DNA of 64,000 bases from Octopus sinensis. Its lineage: Eukaryota. The stretch is from contig NC_043009.1 in NCBI RefSeq assembly GCF_006345805.1, positions 53,444,001 through 53,508,000 of the forward strand. Reading direction: 5' to 3'. The notes under the pieces were generated by a model. The model worked only from the letters and a program-made list of their open reading frames with translations, did not search any database and was not told the origin of the DNA. Each line of letters starts with the position of its first letter. Positions within the stretch are counted from its first letter, which is position 1. A program made the translations under genes and the position numbers. This document shows, piece by piece, positions 28,961-42,104 of the stretch.

Positions 28961-29889
28961 AATCGATTTATATACACAATTGACAGGAAACCTCATACAG
29001 TTTTCGTACAAGATATAATCTTTTATGGGTGTAGCTGCGTTTAAAAACACAGTATATAATGGTAAAAGACAATAAAAAATAATCCCGAAAGTTGCAAGTA
29101 AGACTGCCAGATGCCGTCTGAGCCTTGTTGGATTATGTCAATGATGTCTACTCGCAGCCAGTGACATTTCCAAACGTGATTTGTTGTTTTCGATTTGAGA
29201 AATGTATTGTGTTGGTTATTCATTATAATCGCAGATTATGTTACCGAGCAGTTTTCATCAAAATGAATGCAGCCAAAGCAATTTATGTAGAAAGTATTCT
29301 CAGAAGGATATTGTCATGTGCCAGTTATTGTTATCGAAAAGGATTCATCCTATGTGATCACATTAAACGATTTTGACTGTCCGTATACATGCCTTCATAC
29401 ATGCATATATACACATATACATGCACTATATATATTTATGTGTGTATGTGTGTGTGTATATACATACATATATATATATATATATACGCATAGACACATA
29501 CATATACATATATAAATATATATATATATATATACGTATATATATGTATATACACACATATGTATATATATATATATGTATACATATATATATGTATATA
29601 TACATATATATATGTATATACATACATATATATATGTATATATATATATATAAATATATATATATACATATATATATATATGTATACATACATATATATA
29701 TATATATACATATGTGTATGTATATACATATTATATATATATATATATATTTATATATGTATATGCATGTGTGTATGCGTATGTATATGTATATATATAT
29801 ATATTATATGCTTGTATGAATATATCTTGATATATATATATATATATTATATAATATATATATCTATATATGTATGTGTAAATGTATAT

Positions 29890-30620
29890 ATAAGAAATCG
29901 ATGGAAATGTGCTGCGGAAGACGAAAACTTTGGCCTTGCGTTGCTGTACGACTGTTTGAAAAGGAAATGCCGTTCTGTGCAACGACATATTTCATTACTT
30001 TCGTGCACTCACGACAAGGATTCGTTTCAAGAAAAGCAACAAACTTCCTGTGAGCGATGGAAAGTGGACTGGCTATTGGGAGGCGACTGCAGATTTACCA
30101 GGGTGCCAGGGACCCTTTACCATCCCAATTACAAAAAAAAAAAAGAAAAAATAACAGACAGTTTTATTTGGTGTGAACGAAATAAAATTGTGAATGTAGT
30201 CAAGTTAACGGTTCACCATGAAGATAACATGGACGCCACTCGAGCTCGGAAGGTTGACTGTTATGCAAACCTCCTCGAGGAATGTGAAGACACAGGCTGG
30301 AAAGTGGAGCCTTTTCCAATCGAAGTAGAGGCTCTTTTGGACACAGTGTGAGACGAATGTTGTTATCGTTAGAACTAACTCATAGTAAAGTAATTACCAC
30401 CATGAACGATATCCAAACTATAGTGGTAAAGGCTAGCCACTAGATTTGGTTAAAAAGAGGCGATGAGCAGTGGCTAGAAAAATATAGGGTTTTATTTAAT
30501 AACCACTTGATCTAGCAAGCGGGGGACTCATATCAGTGATGCCATCGAGAGGCAGACCTTGAAACGGTGCGCGTTCTCTCCTGATGACTCCATACACTTG
30601 CTGGCTTCCGGGATGTGGAG
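29890..30620 (+). mobile_element. Decayed RLE-type (Hero/NeSL-like, R2 group) LINE 3' end
   Basis: [56 protein letters not shown] resembles PDI.IW..IELTVPWE.N..A..RK..Y..L..C..GW..P.EVG. Confidence 0.65.
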
Positions 30621-30713
30621 CTCTCGAATGATAGAACTTGCATGAGCAAATGCGGCATATATATATATATATATATACATATTTATATATATATTATATA
30701 TATATTATATATA

Positions 30714-30759
<46 letters not shown>

Positions 30760-30773
30760 ATATATATAAATAC

Positions 30774-30824
<51 letters not shown>

Positions 30825-30844
30825 TATATATAATATATCATAGA

Positions 30845-30896
30845 AGGAGCTTCTACAGGACTAGAACTGTTTCATTCAAAAGAATCATCAGAAAGC
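30845..30896 (-). ncRNA. Second copy of the 40.3-kb hammerhead family, weaker stem I
   Basis: gctttc-CTGATGA-TTCttttGAAt-GAAACAGttctagtcCTGTA^gaagctcc; nearly identical to 40248-40300; flanked by (TA)n. Confidence 0.6.
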
Positions 30897-31229
30897 ATAT
30901 ATATATATATATATATACACTAATAATATAGGATGAAGTTTTATTTTACAGAAAAAAAATTCCATCAAAAAAGTGGCAGTATATTAAAATACCTTTACGG
31001 TTAAAATTATAAACAACTTATAAATAAGGGCTAAAGAAAATTATTTCAATGCCAATATGCTGATAACAGACTTTTAAATCGTCAATTGCCACATATTATT
31101 TACTCGCTACAGAAAAAAAACACGAAGAACTGAAATCGGGGAAGCAGGCCGACTGAAACATGTTATAATGTATATATAAAAATTAAAAATTGTATAATAC
31201 AGCAGCATTTTCGAACTTCATTTTTAAAA

Positions 31230-31269
<40 letters not shown>

Positions 31270-31937
31270 GTATGTATTTAAATGTATGTATATTTGAAAA
31301 GCAGACTGGAAAACATTGTGAAAAGACAGAAAATATTGTTAGTACAATTTAAAGATATTTCTAAAGATAGTTTTCTGAAAGCAATAATGACCAGACGGTT
31401 TCTAACGTGACACACATATAATAAACACATAGCAATAGTTATTTTACCGCATATATTTTCCGAAGACAAATTATGTTCAGATTAAATGACAAATACAGGA
31501 AAACACACACACACACATAAAAAGATGCACATTTGTAAGAAACGATACTGTTTATACTCACGCATACAAAGACATTGGTAAAACTGAGATTCTACGAAGA
31601 TATACGCTAGTCGAGTCTTTAAAGCGAATGCATTGACTAATAAATATATACAAAGAAACAACTAAATACACACATTCACATAAACATAAATGCACTCTCA
31701 CATAAAAACATGAGCATCCACACACAGTCCAAAGTATAATCATGAAGCACACACGTTTACACATGGACAAATACAGCAGACAACACACGGGATTTCTGGA
31801 GTATGTGTTTCATTTAAGAAACTACAATTACAGATGTAAACGAATACAGTGCTACAACGATTACAATTATACACATACACACGCACTGGCACACGTGTAC
31901 AAATTTTTAAATATTGAGATATACATATATGCATATA

Positions 31938-31969
<32 letters not shown>

Positions 31970-32464
31970 AAGAATGTATATATTTATATATAAGTAAATA
32001 TATGTGTGTATATATATAAGTGTATCCAGATATATATATATAAGTGTATCTATATCTATATATATATATATATATATACATACATACGTATCTATGTATA
32101 TGTATATAATATATATATATATATAAATGAGAGAGAGAGAGAATGGGAGAGAGACACACACACACAGAACAGAGATAGCCAAACATAGATTTACACATAG
32201 AAAGGTACATATGTATATATACATGTATACACACACATGTATATATAGCTAGTATTTTGAAAGTGCTTTCGATTACACTATCAAAAACAAAGTATACTGC
32301 TGTATACATGACACACGCGTTCTCAAAAGGCAAAAGATATGCACACAGAAACGTTGTGTATATATATATATATATATATGAAAATAAAAGCACACACACT
32401 CTCACGAACACAACACTGCCACACACACACACACACACACACACCCACATAATATATATTATAT

Positions 32465-32501
<37 letters not shown>

Positions 32502-32518
32502 TATATATATATATATAT

Positions 32519-32570
<52 letters not shown>

Positions 32571-32954
32571 ATATATATATACATATGTGCAGGTAAGTTT
32601 ATTATTTACATCACGTACATTTTTTGTAAATGTGATTTTTGCAGATTGCATAAACTTAACGCTAAAAAATTAAAGAAAAGTATTTCTCCAATACATTTAG
32701 TTTCTGTCTATTTGATGATATCAAAGCTGAAAGCCACTGGTGTGAAAATATCATCATCCTAAAATAACTGATAGCTATTGCATATATATATATATATTCT
32801 ACACTTTTTATCTATCAATCTAATTATGCTGGCGTATCTATTAATGTAGCTATGTACCTATCTATTGCTTTATATCTATATTTATCTCTCCCTCTCTGTT
32901 CTATCTCCCTTCCTCCCCGTCTTTCCCTCTCTCTTTCTCTCTCTCTCTTTTTAT

Positions 32955-32991
<37 letters not shown>

Positions 32992-33002
32992 CTATGTATA
33001 TA

Positions 33003-33041
<39 letters not shown>

Positions 33042-33128
33042 TTATATGCATATATATCTATATGGATATATAGATAGATAGATAAGGAGATAAATAAATA
33101 GATTGAGGTATATATATATACAAGTATG

Positions 33129-33222
<94 letters not shown>

Positions 33223-33227
33223 GATAG

Positions 33228-33289
<62 letters not shown>

Positions 33290-33329
33290 TGATAGACAGA
33301 CAGATAAACAAACAGACATATAGATAGAC

Positions 33330-33360
<31 letters not shown>

Positions 33361-33565
33361 GATAGATAGATAGAAGGATAGATACATAGATATATTTTGT
33401 ATTTCTACATATGTGTGCGTGCCTGAGCATATATACTTGCGTGTTTCCATGCATGTACTTCCGTGTGGATATAACAGGCATCCTCCTCCACCATTGCCAG
33501 TAAAGCTTGTGCAGGATACGTTAATGTTTATACACGTAAATGTAAAACAAAGAAACATATAAACA

Positions 33566-33612
<47 letters not shown>

Positions 33613-33613
33613 C

Positions 33614-33731
<118 letters not shown>

Positions 33732-33742
33732 CATATATATAC

Positions 33743-33804
<62 letters not shown>

Positions 33805-34485
33805 CGCTCATATATGATTTATACATATACATTTTGATATATATATATGTATATATATATATACATGTAAACATGTATACGCATATAGGCATATATATAT
33901 GCGTATATATATATATATATACACATATAAACATAAATACAGATATATGTACATACATACATGTACGTAGAATGTTGTTACTATTACTCCTTTCACAGGG
34001 GAACGAACAAATATAGTTTCATAATAATTTCTTTTTGTTTTTGAGTTTCTTCACTCTCACTATCATATTTGATGTTTTTATAGTTTATATACAACTAGTT
34101 TTGCGATTTGTTCTCTGCATCAGCTGCTGGGAGGTGATTACATCTACTTCGGACCCATCTTATCTCATCACCCCTTACACATCTCCTGAGCAACATCGAT
34201 CCTACCAAGGAATCTCAGGCTAATATTTTTGTTACTCTTCTTCAATTAACCAACATACCTAACAAATAGCTGTTTCAATCCAACTAGCACTACCTACATA
34301 TTCTGTTATAGTACATTTTGCAGATTTGGTCTATGCTCTGAGCATCGGCCATTTTGTTATTTCATTGTTCCTGATATCAGTATGAAGTATTTCACTCTTC
34401 TCTCTGCATTTTCGCTATGGGCTGCACTTTGCTATTATTCTGAAAATTATATATACTTACGGGGCATATTTTTTTGCATGTATGT

Positions 34486-34835
34486 ACACACATACAAACA
34501 AACAAACACACACACACACACATTCATCTGAAGAAATATATGCATTCGTACATATACATACATAAACACGCATTCTCACACGCACGTACACGCATATATA
34601 CCTATGTATGTATACATAAATATACATGCACACACATATACATACATATGTATACAGAGGCATATTTTTATGCGTATATATATATATATATATATATATA
34701 GGTATATATACATACCTATACATACATATGTATATATGCGTGTACGTGCGTGTGAGAATGCGTGTTTATGTATGTATATGTACGAATGCATATATTTCTT
34801 CAGATGAATGTGTGTGTTTGTTTGTTTGTTTGTAT
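34486..34835. repeat. Inverted repeat with about 120-130-bp arms and about 100-bp spacer
   Basis: cattcatctgaagaaatatatgcattcgtac..cgcacgtacacgcatatatac is mirrored at 34730-34812. Confidence 0.85.
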
Positions 34836-35369
34836 GTATGTGTATATATACACGCACACAAATATTTTCATATGTATATATTGTTTGTGAATGCATGTTG
34901 ATGTATTCACACATATGTTTGCACTTACGTGGGGAGATAATTGCACCATATCGAGAAGTAAATTCGAATATGAAGTTGTGCAGAATACTTGAATCTAACA
35001 CAGGACCTACTGATGGTTCGCAGTTTCACATTGTCAAGTTAGGTATCTTCACTCAATTACAGAACAATAGCAATTTCACTACCGCCTGCACAAAATCAAT
35101 ACTGATCGAGACATATCTAGACACTCTTTCTTGCTTTCTACCAGGCTTCCTATCTGTCTGTCTGTCTCTCTCATTTCCCTCCTTTTGTATACATATGTAT
35201 TCGTGGGTCTTTGTATATTTGTGTGTGTATGTGTGTGTGTGTGTGTGTGTGTGCGTGTCTGTGTGTGTGTAGAAGATAATCATAGTTATAGACGACACAA
35301 ATACTGGATTTATATTATTGAAATAATAAAACAAATTAGGCTGTAAATATTAAAAAATATATCTGTAAT

Positions 35370-36330
35370 ATCATGTTGATTCAAAATGTTCTGCAATATT
35401 TTGGTAATTTATTTGATTTGAGAAGTTCCATCAAAAGCAGCCTAACAATCTTAGGAGAGGCCATTAGGTTGCACCATCCGTGGCCACCTTTCGGCCAATT
35501 CTTTGACCCCTCACGCTGATACCAGTTCGACCTACAAGGCGAAGAATTCTTTCATTGAGGCCTCTGCCTGCACTTGCTTGATGAACCGTTGCGAGGGCAA
35601 AACGTGAGCTATAGATCAGAAGTAATAATATGAAGGAACTGGATCTGAAATATATTCTGATGTAGCAAGTCCTTGGAGTCTATTCCGGATCGTTCGAAGG
35701 TATGAGGATTTGCACTCTCTTGTTGTAGAAGAGCTCGCATTCTGACAAGCAATATCGGGCATTTCTTTTACCTTACAGTGACATATATTCGTGAGATGTC
35801 GCGCTCGCCTGATATTTTCGGAGTGCTACTCATCAGATTTGCCTCTATATCATGGAGCTGGGCCTCGAATCCACAGTTTAAGGCATACCCCACCTTGTCT
35901 GATCGTCGAGGTTCTTGCAACCCGGACGAAATTTCTTTAATGATCTGGTTATTGTTCTGTAATAAACTGCACTTCCACTTTCCGTGCAACAAATTTTTTC
36001 TAGTTGCCTCCGCGGCATTATGGCTCTCTTTGAACTTCTAAAGCATTGCATTGCACATTTACCTGTGCAGCTTTCGAATCTCATATCCAGTGAAGTAATG
36101 CATAATGTGTCAGCGGACCATCTGTCACGATACTATTTACTTCTGCGGGTAATTTCCACGGCGTGAACTTCTTCCGTCACGTGATATATATACGCCACAA
36201 ACTAGCGCGAATGCAAATATTTCAAAAATGTCGACACCCTTCAATATTAAAACGAATAAAAAAAAAACAGCCAGATTAACCGAATGGAAGCAGCATAAAT
36301 GAAAGGCTGTTCTGAACCCCAACGTGGCCA
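35370..36330 (-). mobile_element. Decayed mariner (Tc1/mariner) DNA transposon
   Basis: Broken frames give KFKESHNAAEATR, RTITRSLKKFRPGCKNLDDQTR, a YSPDLAPSDY-like DNA stretch at about 35660-35700, and EFFA..GVKELAERWPRMVQPNG. TIRs not clearly recognisable. Confidence 0.75.
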
Positions 36331-36398
36331 CATGGTGATAGATCATAATTCTAAACATTCAATCACTGTAGAAGTTCCACCACGTCAGCCAACTAATA

Positions 36399-36725
36399 TA
36401 TAATTGTCGATATCTCTCTACCTGCCCAACCAGAATATCCTGGTTTTCCAACACAGTTCTGTATCATGCATCTATAAATTATCTGAACGATAAGCAAAGG
36501 AATTACTCTGAACTCATGACGAACAATTTCAAAAGACGTTGCTGCAAGCGTTTAAACTCGTTTAAATAAAAAGAAAAACGTAAAATGTCCATATTCCTTA
36601 CACAAATCAACACAAAATTTACGGATTCTAAATGTCATTCAATAACATGGCGCTTCATTTAAAAAGCCACTTTAGAGTTCAAAATATTACAAATACAATC
36701 TTTTTGTCGATGGAAAATTTCCTGA
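36399..36725 (+). pseudogene. Decayed Penelope-type GIY-YIG endonuclease
   Basis: One frame reads YNCRYLSTCP..NTVLYHAS..NY..NFKRR..LNSFK*KEKR..ITWRFI*KA..CRW, resembling CNCR..CP..VIY.A..YIG..FK.R..SF..W.I..CNLC; internal stops. Confidence 0.6.
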
Positions 36726-37271
36726 CATCAAAGCAACACTTGAAAGAAGTTAGTCAGACGTCATAAAAATTAAGTAAATGTCGAATCTTCAAGGCCGTTT
36801 CCTCCAATAACATTCATCACGTGGCGTTACATGCCTTCCTATTCATAAGTGTATGTCTCCTGTTTATAATAACATTCTTTGCATCGATATATGTTCGACT
36901 GTGTGACCCATCTATTTACCACAAAATTTACCTTACGTAAATTATATTTGGAATAAGTATATTTCTAAACATGTATTGAGATCTTTGTTTATCTTTCGTT
37001 TTCGTTTGTAAATATAAAAATACGTCGTTCGACGAAAACCAGTTCTTCATGGACAGGTCTGATTCATTTGCAAAGGAAGTCAGGCTTCCTTTGTAAATGA
37101 ACGAGTTACACATTTGCAAAGGAAATCATACTTCCTTTGTAAAACAACGAATCCTCTGTACCATGAGCTGGTCTCCCACTTAAACGAATTATAACACGTA
37201 GCTAGATAAATGTATTACTACATTATGTAACGATGCACTCGGCATTCATACAAACACACACGTACGCACAC

Positions 37272-37335
<64 letters not shown>

Positions 37336-37339
<4 letters not shown>

Positions 37340-38153
37340 CAATTTAGGAGTGACCCTAACAGGTCATTCGTCCACCAGAAAGAGCAGCCATAACTCACAC
37401 CGCCAAGTAGTAGTAATTCAGAAATTAGGTGAAAATTTAAAAACATTTACCCTAATTCATCTTTTAGACGTTGCAACGTTTCTGTGTCATTAATGATTAA
37501 ATTAGCTTAATTAAATTAAATTAAGCTAATCTACCATAGGTTACACTTCATCAGTAAAAAACCTGGGGAGGACAAATATACACGAGGCGTCTGTATCGAT
37601 GCCTACGGAATATCTGTCTTTAAATTTTTCAAGACTGACGTATTCGCGCCAAACTTATCAGCAGTAAATATAAACTGCCGATATCTCAGAATTATTCAGA
37701 AAATTATCAATTAGTCAATTTAGGGTAGCAAAAAAATTCAATAGAAATTATCGCTACCAGCGGCCTGGTGGAAAAGAGAAAATAGTCATCGACTAAATAT
37801 ATAAATATAACAATTTAGGAGTGACCCTAACAGGTCATTCGTCCACCAGAAAGAGCAGCCATAACTCACACCGCCAAGTAGTAGTAATTCAGAAATTAGG
37901 TGAAAATTTAAAAACATTTACCCTAATTACCTGAATTAGGGTAAATGTTTTTAAATTTTCACCTAATTTCTGAATTACTACTACTTGGCGGTGTGAGTTA
38001 TGGCTGCTCTTTCTGGTGGACGAATGACCTGTTAGGGTCACTCCTAAATTGTTATATTTATATATTTAGTCGATGACTATTTTCTCTTTTCCACCAGGCC
38101 GCTGGTAGCGATAAATTTCTATTGAATTTTTTTGCTACCCTAAATTGACTAAT
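37336..38153 (-). mobile_element. Non-coding Penelope/retrozyme-like element: 471-bp period direct repeat with hammerhead, plus inverted arm
   Basis: About 120-bp direct repeats at 37336-37457 and 37807-37928 (offset 471); fold-back 37710-37928 / 37934-38153; (TA)n on both sides; no long ORF. Confidence 0.8.
37459..37562 (-). ncRNA. Type I hammerhead ribozyme motif
   Basis: Minus strand: tttta-CTGATGA-aGTGT...ACACa-GAAA-CGTTGCAACG-TC^taaaa. Stem I tttta/taaaa, perfect palindrome ACGTTGCAACGT as stem III, GUC triplet, and an internal attagcttaa/ttaagctaat hairpin in stem II. Confidence 0.85.
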
Positions 38154-38610
38154 ATATATATATATATATATATATGCAGCCACTCACACGAGCGCCCCGC
38201 GATGCGTGTCGCTTTACGCGATGTCAGTAAAAAGACTCTAACTATTATACCGCGATGATTTAAACCTACACATGCACATTACACATTTACTCTCTCTACA
38301 ATACATGTAACAATATCATGCATCCAAATCAGATTTTAAAAAACACCAATCTGCATAATCTGCACACAATGCAGATGCTGCAAGAATCCAGCATATATAA
38401 TGCACTACGTATGATAGCTCTATTTATTGATCCGTAATGTTTTCTATGAATGCCTTGGCTGTATCTTGGCATTGTGTCAAAGGTTGGATAGTGAATTGGC
38501 AACGATGTTGGATGAAAACGATTAAAGGAATCTAATTTGTATTGAAAATTTGTGTTATAATGTATTAGAATCATGATGGATCATCTAATTTGTGACACAC
38601 CTCATTATCC

Positions 38611-38656
<46 letters not shown>

Positions 38657-38661
38657 ATATC

Positions 38662-38789
<128 letters not shown>

Positions 38790-38878
38790 CCTATCCGTTT
38801 AATCTTTCTACCTATTTATCTTATCACTTTCTCTCTCTCTCGCTCTCTATCTATATATAAGATACGTATATGTATATG

Positions 38879-38909
<31 letters not shown>

Positions 38910-39132
38910 ATAATATATATATATATATTAATTATGTGTGTGCGTGTGTATGTGTGTTTTATGTGTGTGTTTGTATATTATATATATGTGTGTTTGTATA
39001 TGTACACACACTCATAAATATAGACACACACATATACTGTAGCTCGTGTTCTATCGATTATGCAATCTTTCTAAGCCACTTGCTTTTTTAAGTGCGATGA
39101 AACAAAAGAATATATGTATATATGTATATATG

Positions 39133-39166
<34 letters not shown>

Positions 39167-39288
39167 TTTATGTACGTTATGCACATACGTATGCATGTTT
39201 TTACCCTATGTGTGTGTGCATACATTCTGTGCTTCTATCTTTTATGGTGTCACATTGCACCTGGCTGTTCATATTAATATAAATATGA

Positions 39289-39323
<35 letters not shown>

Positions 39324-40193
39324 ACAGGCTTCTTTTTAGCTTTCGTCTATCAAATCCACTCACAGAGCTTTGGTCATCCCGAGGCTATAGTAGAAGGCAC
39401 TTGCCCAAGATACGAAGCAGTGGCAATCATATAGTTGGGAGACATGATATACATATGTGTCTCCCAACTATATGATATACATATGTGTGTGTGTTTGTGT
39501 GTGTGTGCGCGCGTGTGTGTGTCTATGTGAGTGTTTGTGCGTTTACTTGTGTGTGAGGGCATATGTCTATTTAAATTCATAAACAAAATACTTGCAAGGA
39601 TAACTAGACTTAAGCGCACACACATGCATCCGTAAAATACATATCTATTGTTGAGCCGAATTTGCCTTAGCCGCTATTCTGCCTTTACACTTTCTTTTTT
39701 CTTTGTTTTTAAACTTGGCATGTCATTTTCTTAGGTAGATGTTTTCTTAATCATTAGGAGAGAGAGAGAAAGAGAGAAAGAGAGAGAAAAAGAGATAGAT
39801 AGATAGAAGAACAGAGAGAGAAGAGAAAAAGAAAGAAAATAAGCGTTAAAGAAGTTAGTATATGGCATTCATGAATATAACTAAAGAGGGTCCTAATTGT
39901 AATTTCAAAATTTCGCCAAAGTCGCCGACCAACCATTCGATCGATAAGGCCACTTTAGACAAATTTTCGAGAGTGTATGCATACATACAAAAATACATAC
40001 ACACACATATACATAGATGTATATATATATGTGTGTGTATACATGTATGTATTTATATGTGTATTTATATATATATGTATATATATATATACATACACGT
40101 ACATATATATATGTATATATACACTCACACACACACATATATATATACATACATACATTTATGTATATATGTATCTATATATCTATATCTATG

Positions 40194-40238
<45 letters not shown>

Positions 40239-40247
40239 TTATAGAAG

Positions 40248-40300
40248 GAGCTTCTACAGGACTAGAACTGTTTCATTCAAAAGAAATCATCAGGAAGCTC
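40248..40300 (-). ncRNA. Type I hammerhead motif in a short remnant (about 40235-40425) between (TA)n tracts
   Basis: gagcttc-CTGATGA-tTTCttttGAAt-GAAA-CAGttctagtcCTG-TA^gaagctc. 7-bp stem I, 4-bp stem III, GUA triplet; U-U at the base of stem II. Confidence 0.7.
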
Positions 40301-41459
40301 TGCTATGTATTGAGTACCTTATTTACTGTGGTTAACTCCGACTCAACCCGGGACCTACATATTCTACTAAGTTCAGTATGTGGCAAAGTAATTTATTTTA
40401 TTTTACTAAGCCCTAATTATATAATGTTATATATATATATATATATATACTTACAAACACATATATATATATATGTATATATGTATATATTCATACATAA
40501 ATATAAGTTTTCGCATTATGTATGTCCAGACCAAATTTCGTAAGCTCATTAAGGCTACCTTTTGAGTTTGTAGGTGACATACCTGCTAATATTTCGGTGA
40601 CTCTTTGACAAGGTTGAGCTGACATGCCATATTATATCAAAAGATCGATAAATCATTGAGCAAAATTAATCAACGTAGCCGCTCGATACAGTGACAGAAG
40701 TTAAGTGAAGCAGGTGGGTGTTGGTTGGCGATTAGCAGGTTTGTTAAGTTAATTAAAAGGAGAAAATTTCATTATATCGCAGTTCGAAAGCTAAACTATC
40801 GGTTCGGTTTTAGTGCTGACAATTGAATTATATTCTCTGATAGAGTTTTAGATGCATTCTAAATATCTCCTCTGGAAACGAATTATTTGGAATAATTTTT
40901 TTCATCAATTAAAATGAATAGCTAATGTTGGTAATTCAATATGTATTGCATCATTGAAATAGCTTACTATGAATTCCGTTCTAAAGCACTGACGATGTTA
41001 TTTCATATAAATATATTTCTTTGTAGAAAATCGTTCAACTAATCGCATGAAACGATGAGAAGTTTTTATTTATTTCTCTCAGCAAGTTCTCATTATACAT
41101 GCTTATCATCAAAACATTTCCAAGCATGACCACTTCATATATTTTTCAGCAGCGCTTCACCCGGACAAACCCATGTCATTTTATACTTTTTAAAAATAGT
41201 GGTTTGCCGGAAATTTAATTGCAATTTCTGGAAGGATGAGCTGACATGTACCTCTCTCAGCGGTAGAAAAGCGCGTTTATAATAAAGGCAGTGCGATGAC
41301 CTATGCCTCACCAAATTGACTTTCAATTCCCTAAACACTGGCACCGAAATCCTGTTCAATTAAATTGTTTTGTATAGTATATAAGCATGTGAAATTGCCT
41401 CAAAATTAACTGAGTCGGACGAAAAAGCGGATACAATGGTAAACACTGTATAGGGGAAG

Positions 41460-41990
41460 AGAGAGATGATTAAAGGAAGCACTGGGATTGTTGGGGGTGG
41501 GGAGTTTTTCGAGATTTTCGAGAGGCGGAGATTTTGAAGTGGATACTTTAAAAGAGGGTTTCGTTTTGAAGAGAATGTGATTTTGAAATCGATGGGTTTA
41601 AAGTAGGTGGAGAGTATGAAGTGAGAGGTGTCTGAAATGGATGGGGGTGTGTTGGGGTGGAATTTAAAGGGGTCGTATTTGAGAGGGAGGTGGAACTTGA
41701 AGGAGTGGAACTTAAAGGGGTGGAGTTTGAAAGTGGCTGGTTTTGAAATGGGTGGAGTTTTGATGAGAGTCAGGTTTTGGAGTAGAGGGGTGAGGTTTTC
41801 ATGCGGGATTTTGAAAAGGGTTGGGTTTTGAAGTGGGTGGGGGTTAATTTTGAAGTGGATGTGGTTGTGAAATAGGTGAAGTTTGGAGGGAGTGGGGGTA
41901 AATGTTCTAAAGGGCTTGAGGTTTATAAAGTGTGGGAGTTTTGGGAGGGATTGGGATTTTGAAGAGAGATGGAGTTTTGAAGAAGATGGT
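41460..41990 (+). repeat. G/T-rich degenerate repeat tract
   Basis: Recurrent ttttgaa(g/a)..gg(g)tgg motifs with many G3-G4 runs on one strand. Confidence 0.6.
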
Positions 41991-42104
41991 GCAAAAATTT
42001 CAAGATTGATTGATTGATGGAAACATTAAACATGGATATAAAACTAGAGTTATATCTAAAAGTTTTAATATCTTCAGGTTCGAATATATTGTAATTCTTA
42101 AACA

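Noticed and set aside
30570-30630. CTGATGA-CTCCA...TGGAG hairpin in the Hero-like 3' UTR
   Set aside because: No GAAA after stem II and no stem I/III.
35815-35850. ctgatgagtagcactccgaaa on the minus strand
   Set aside because: Lies within mariner coding relic; stem II register and stem I/III do not fit a hammerhead.
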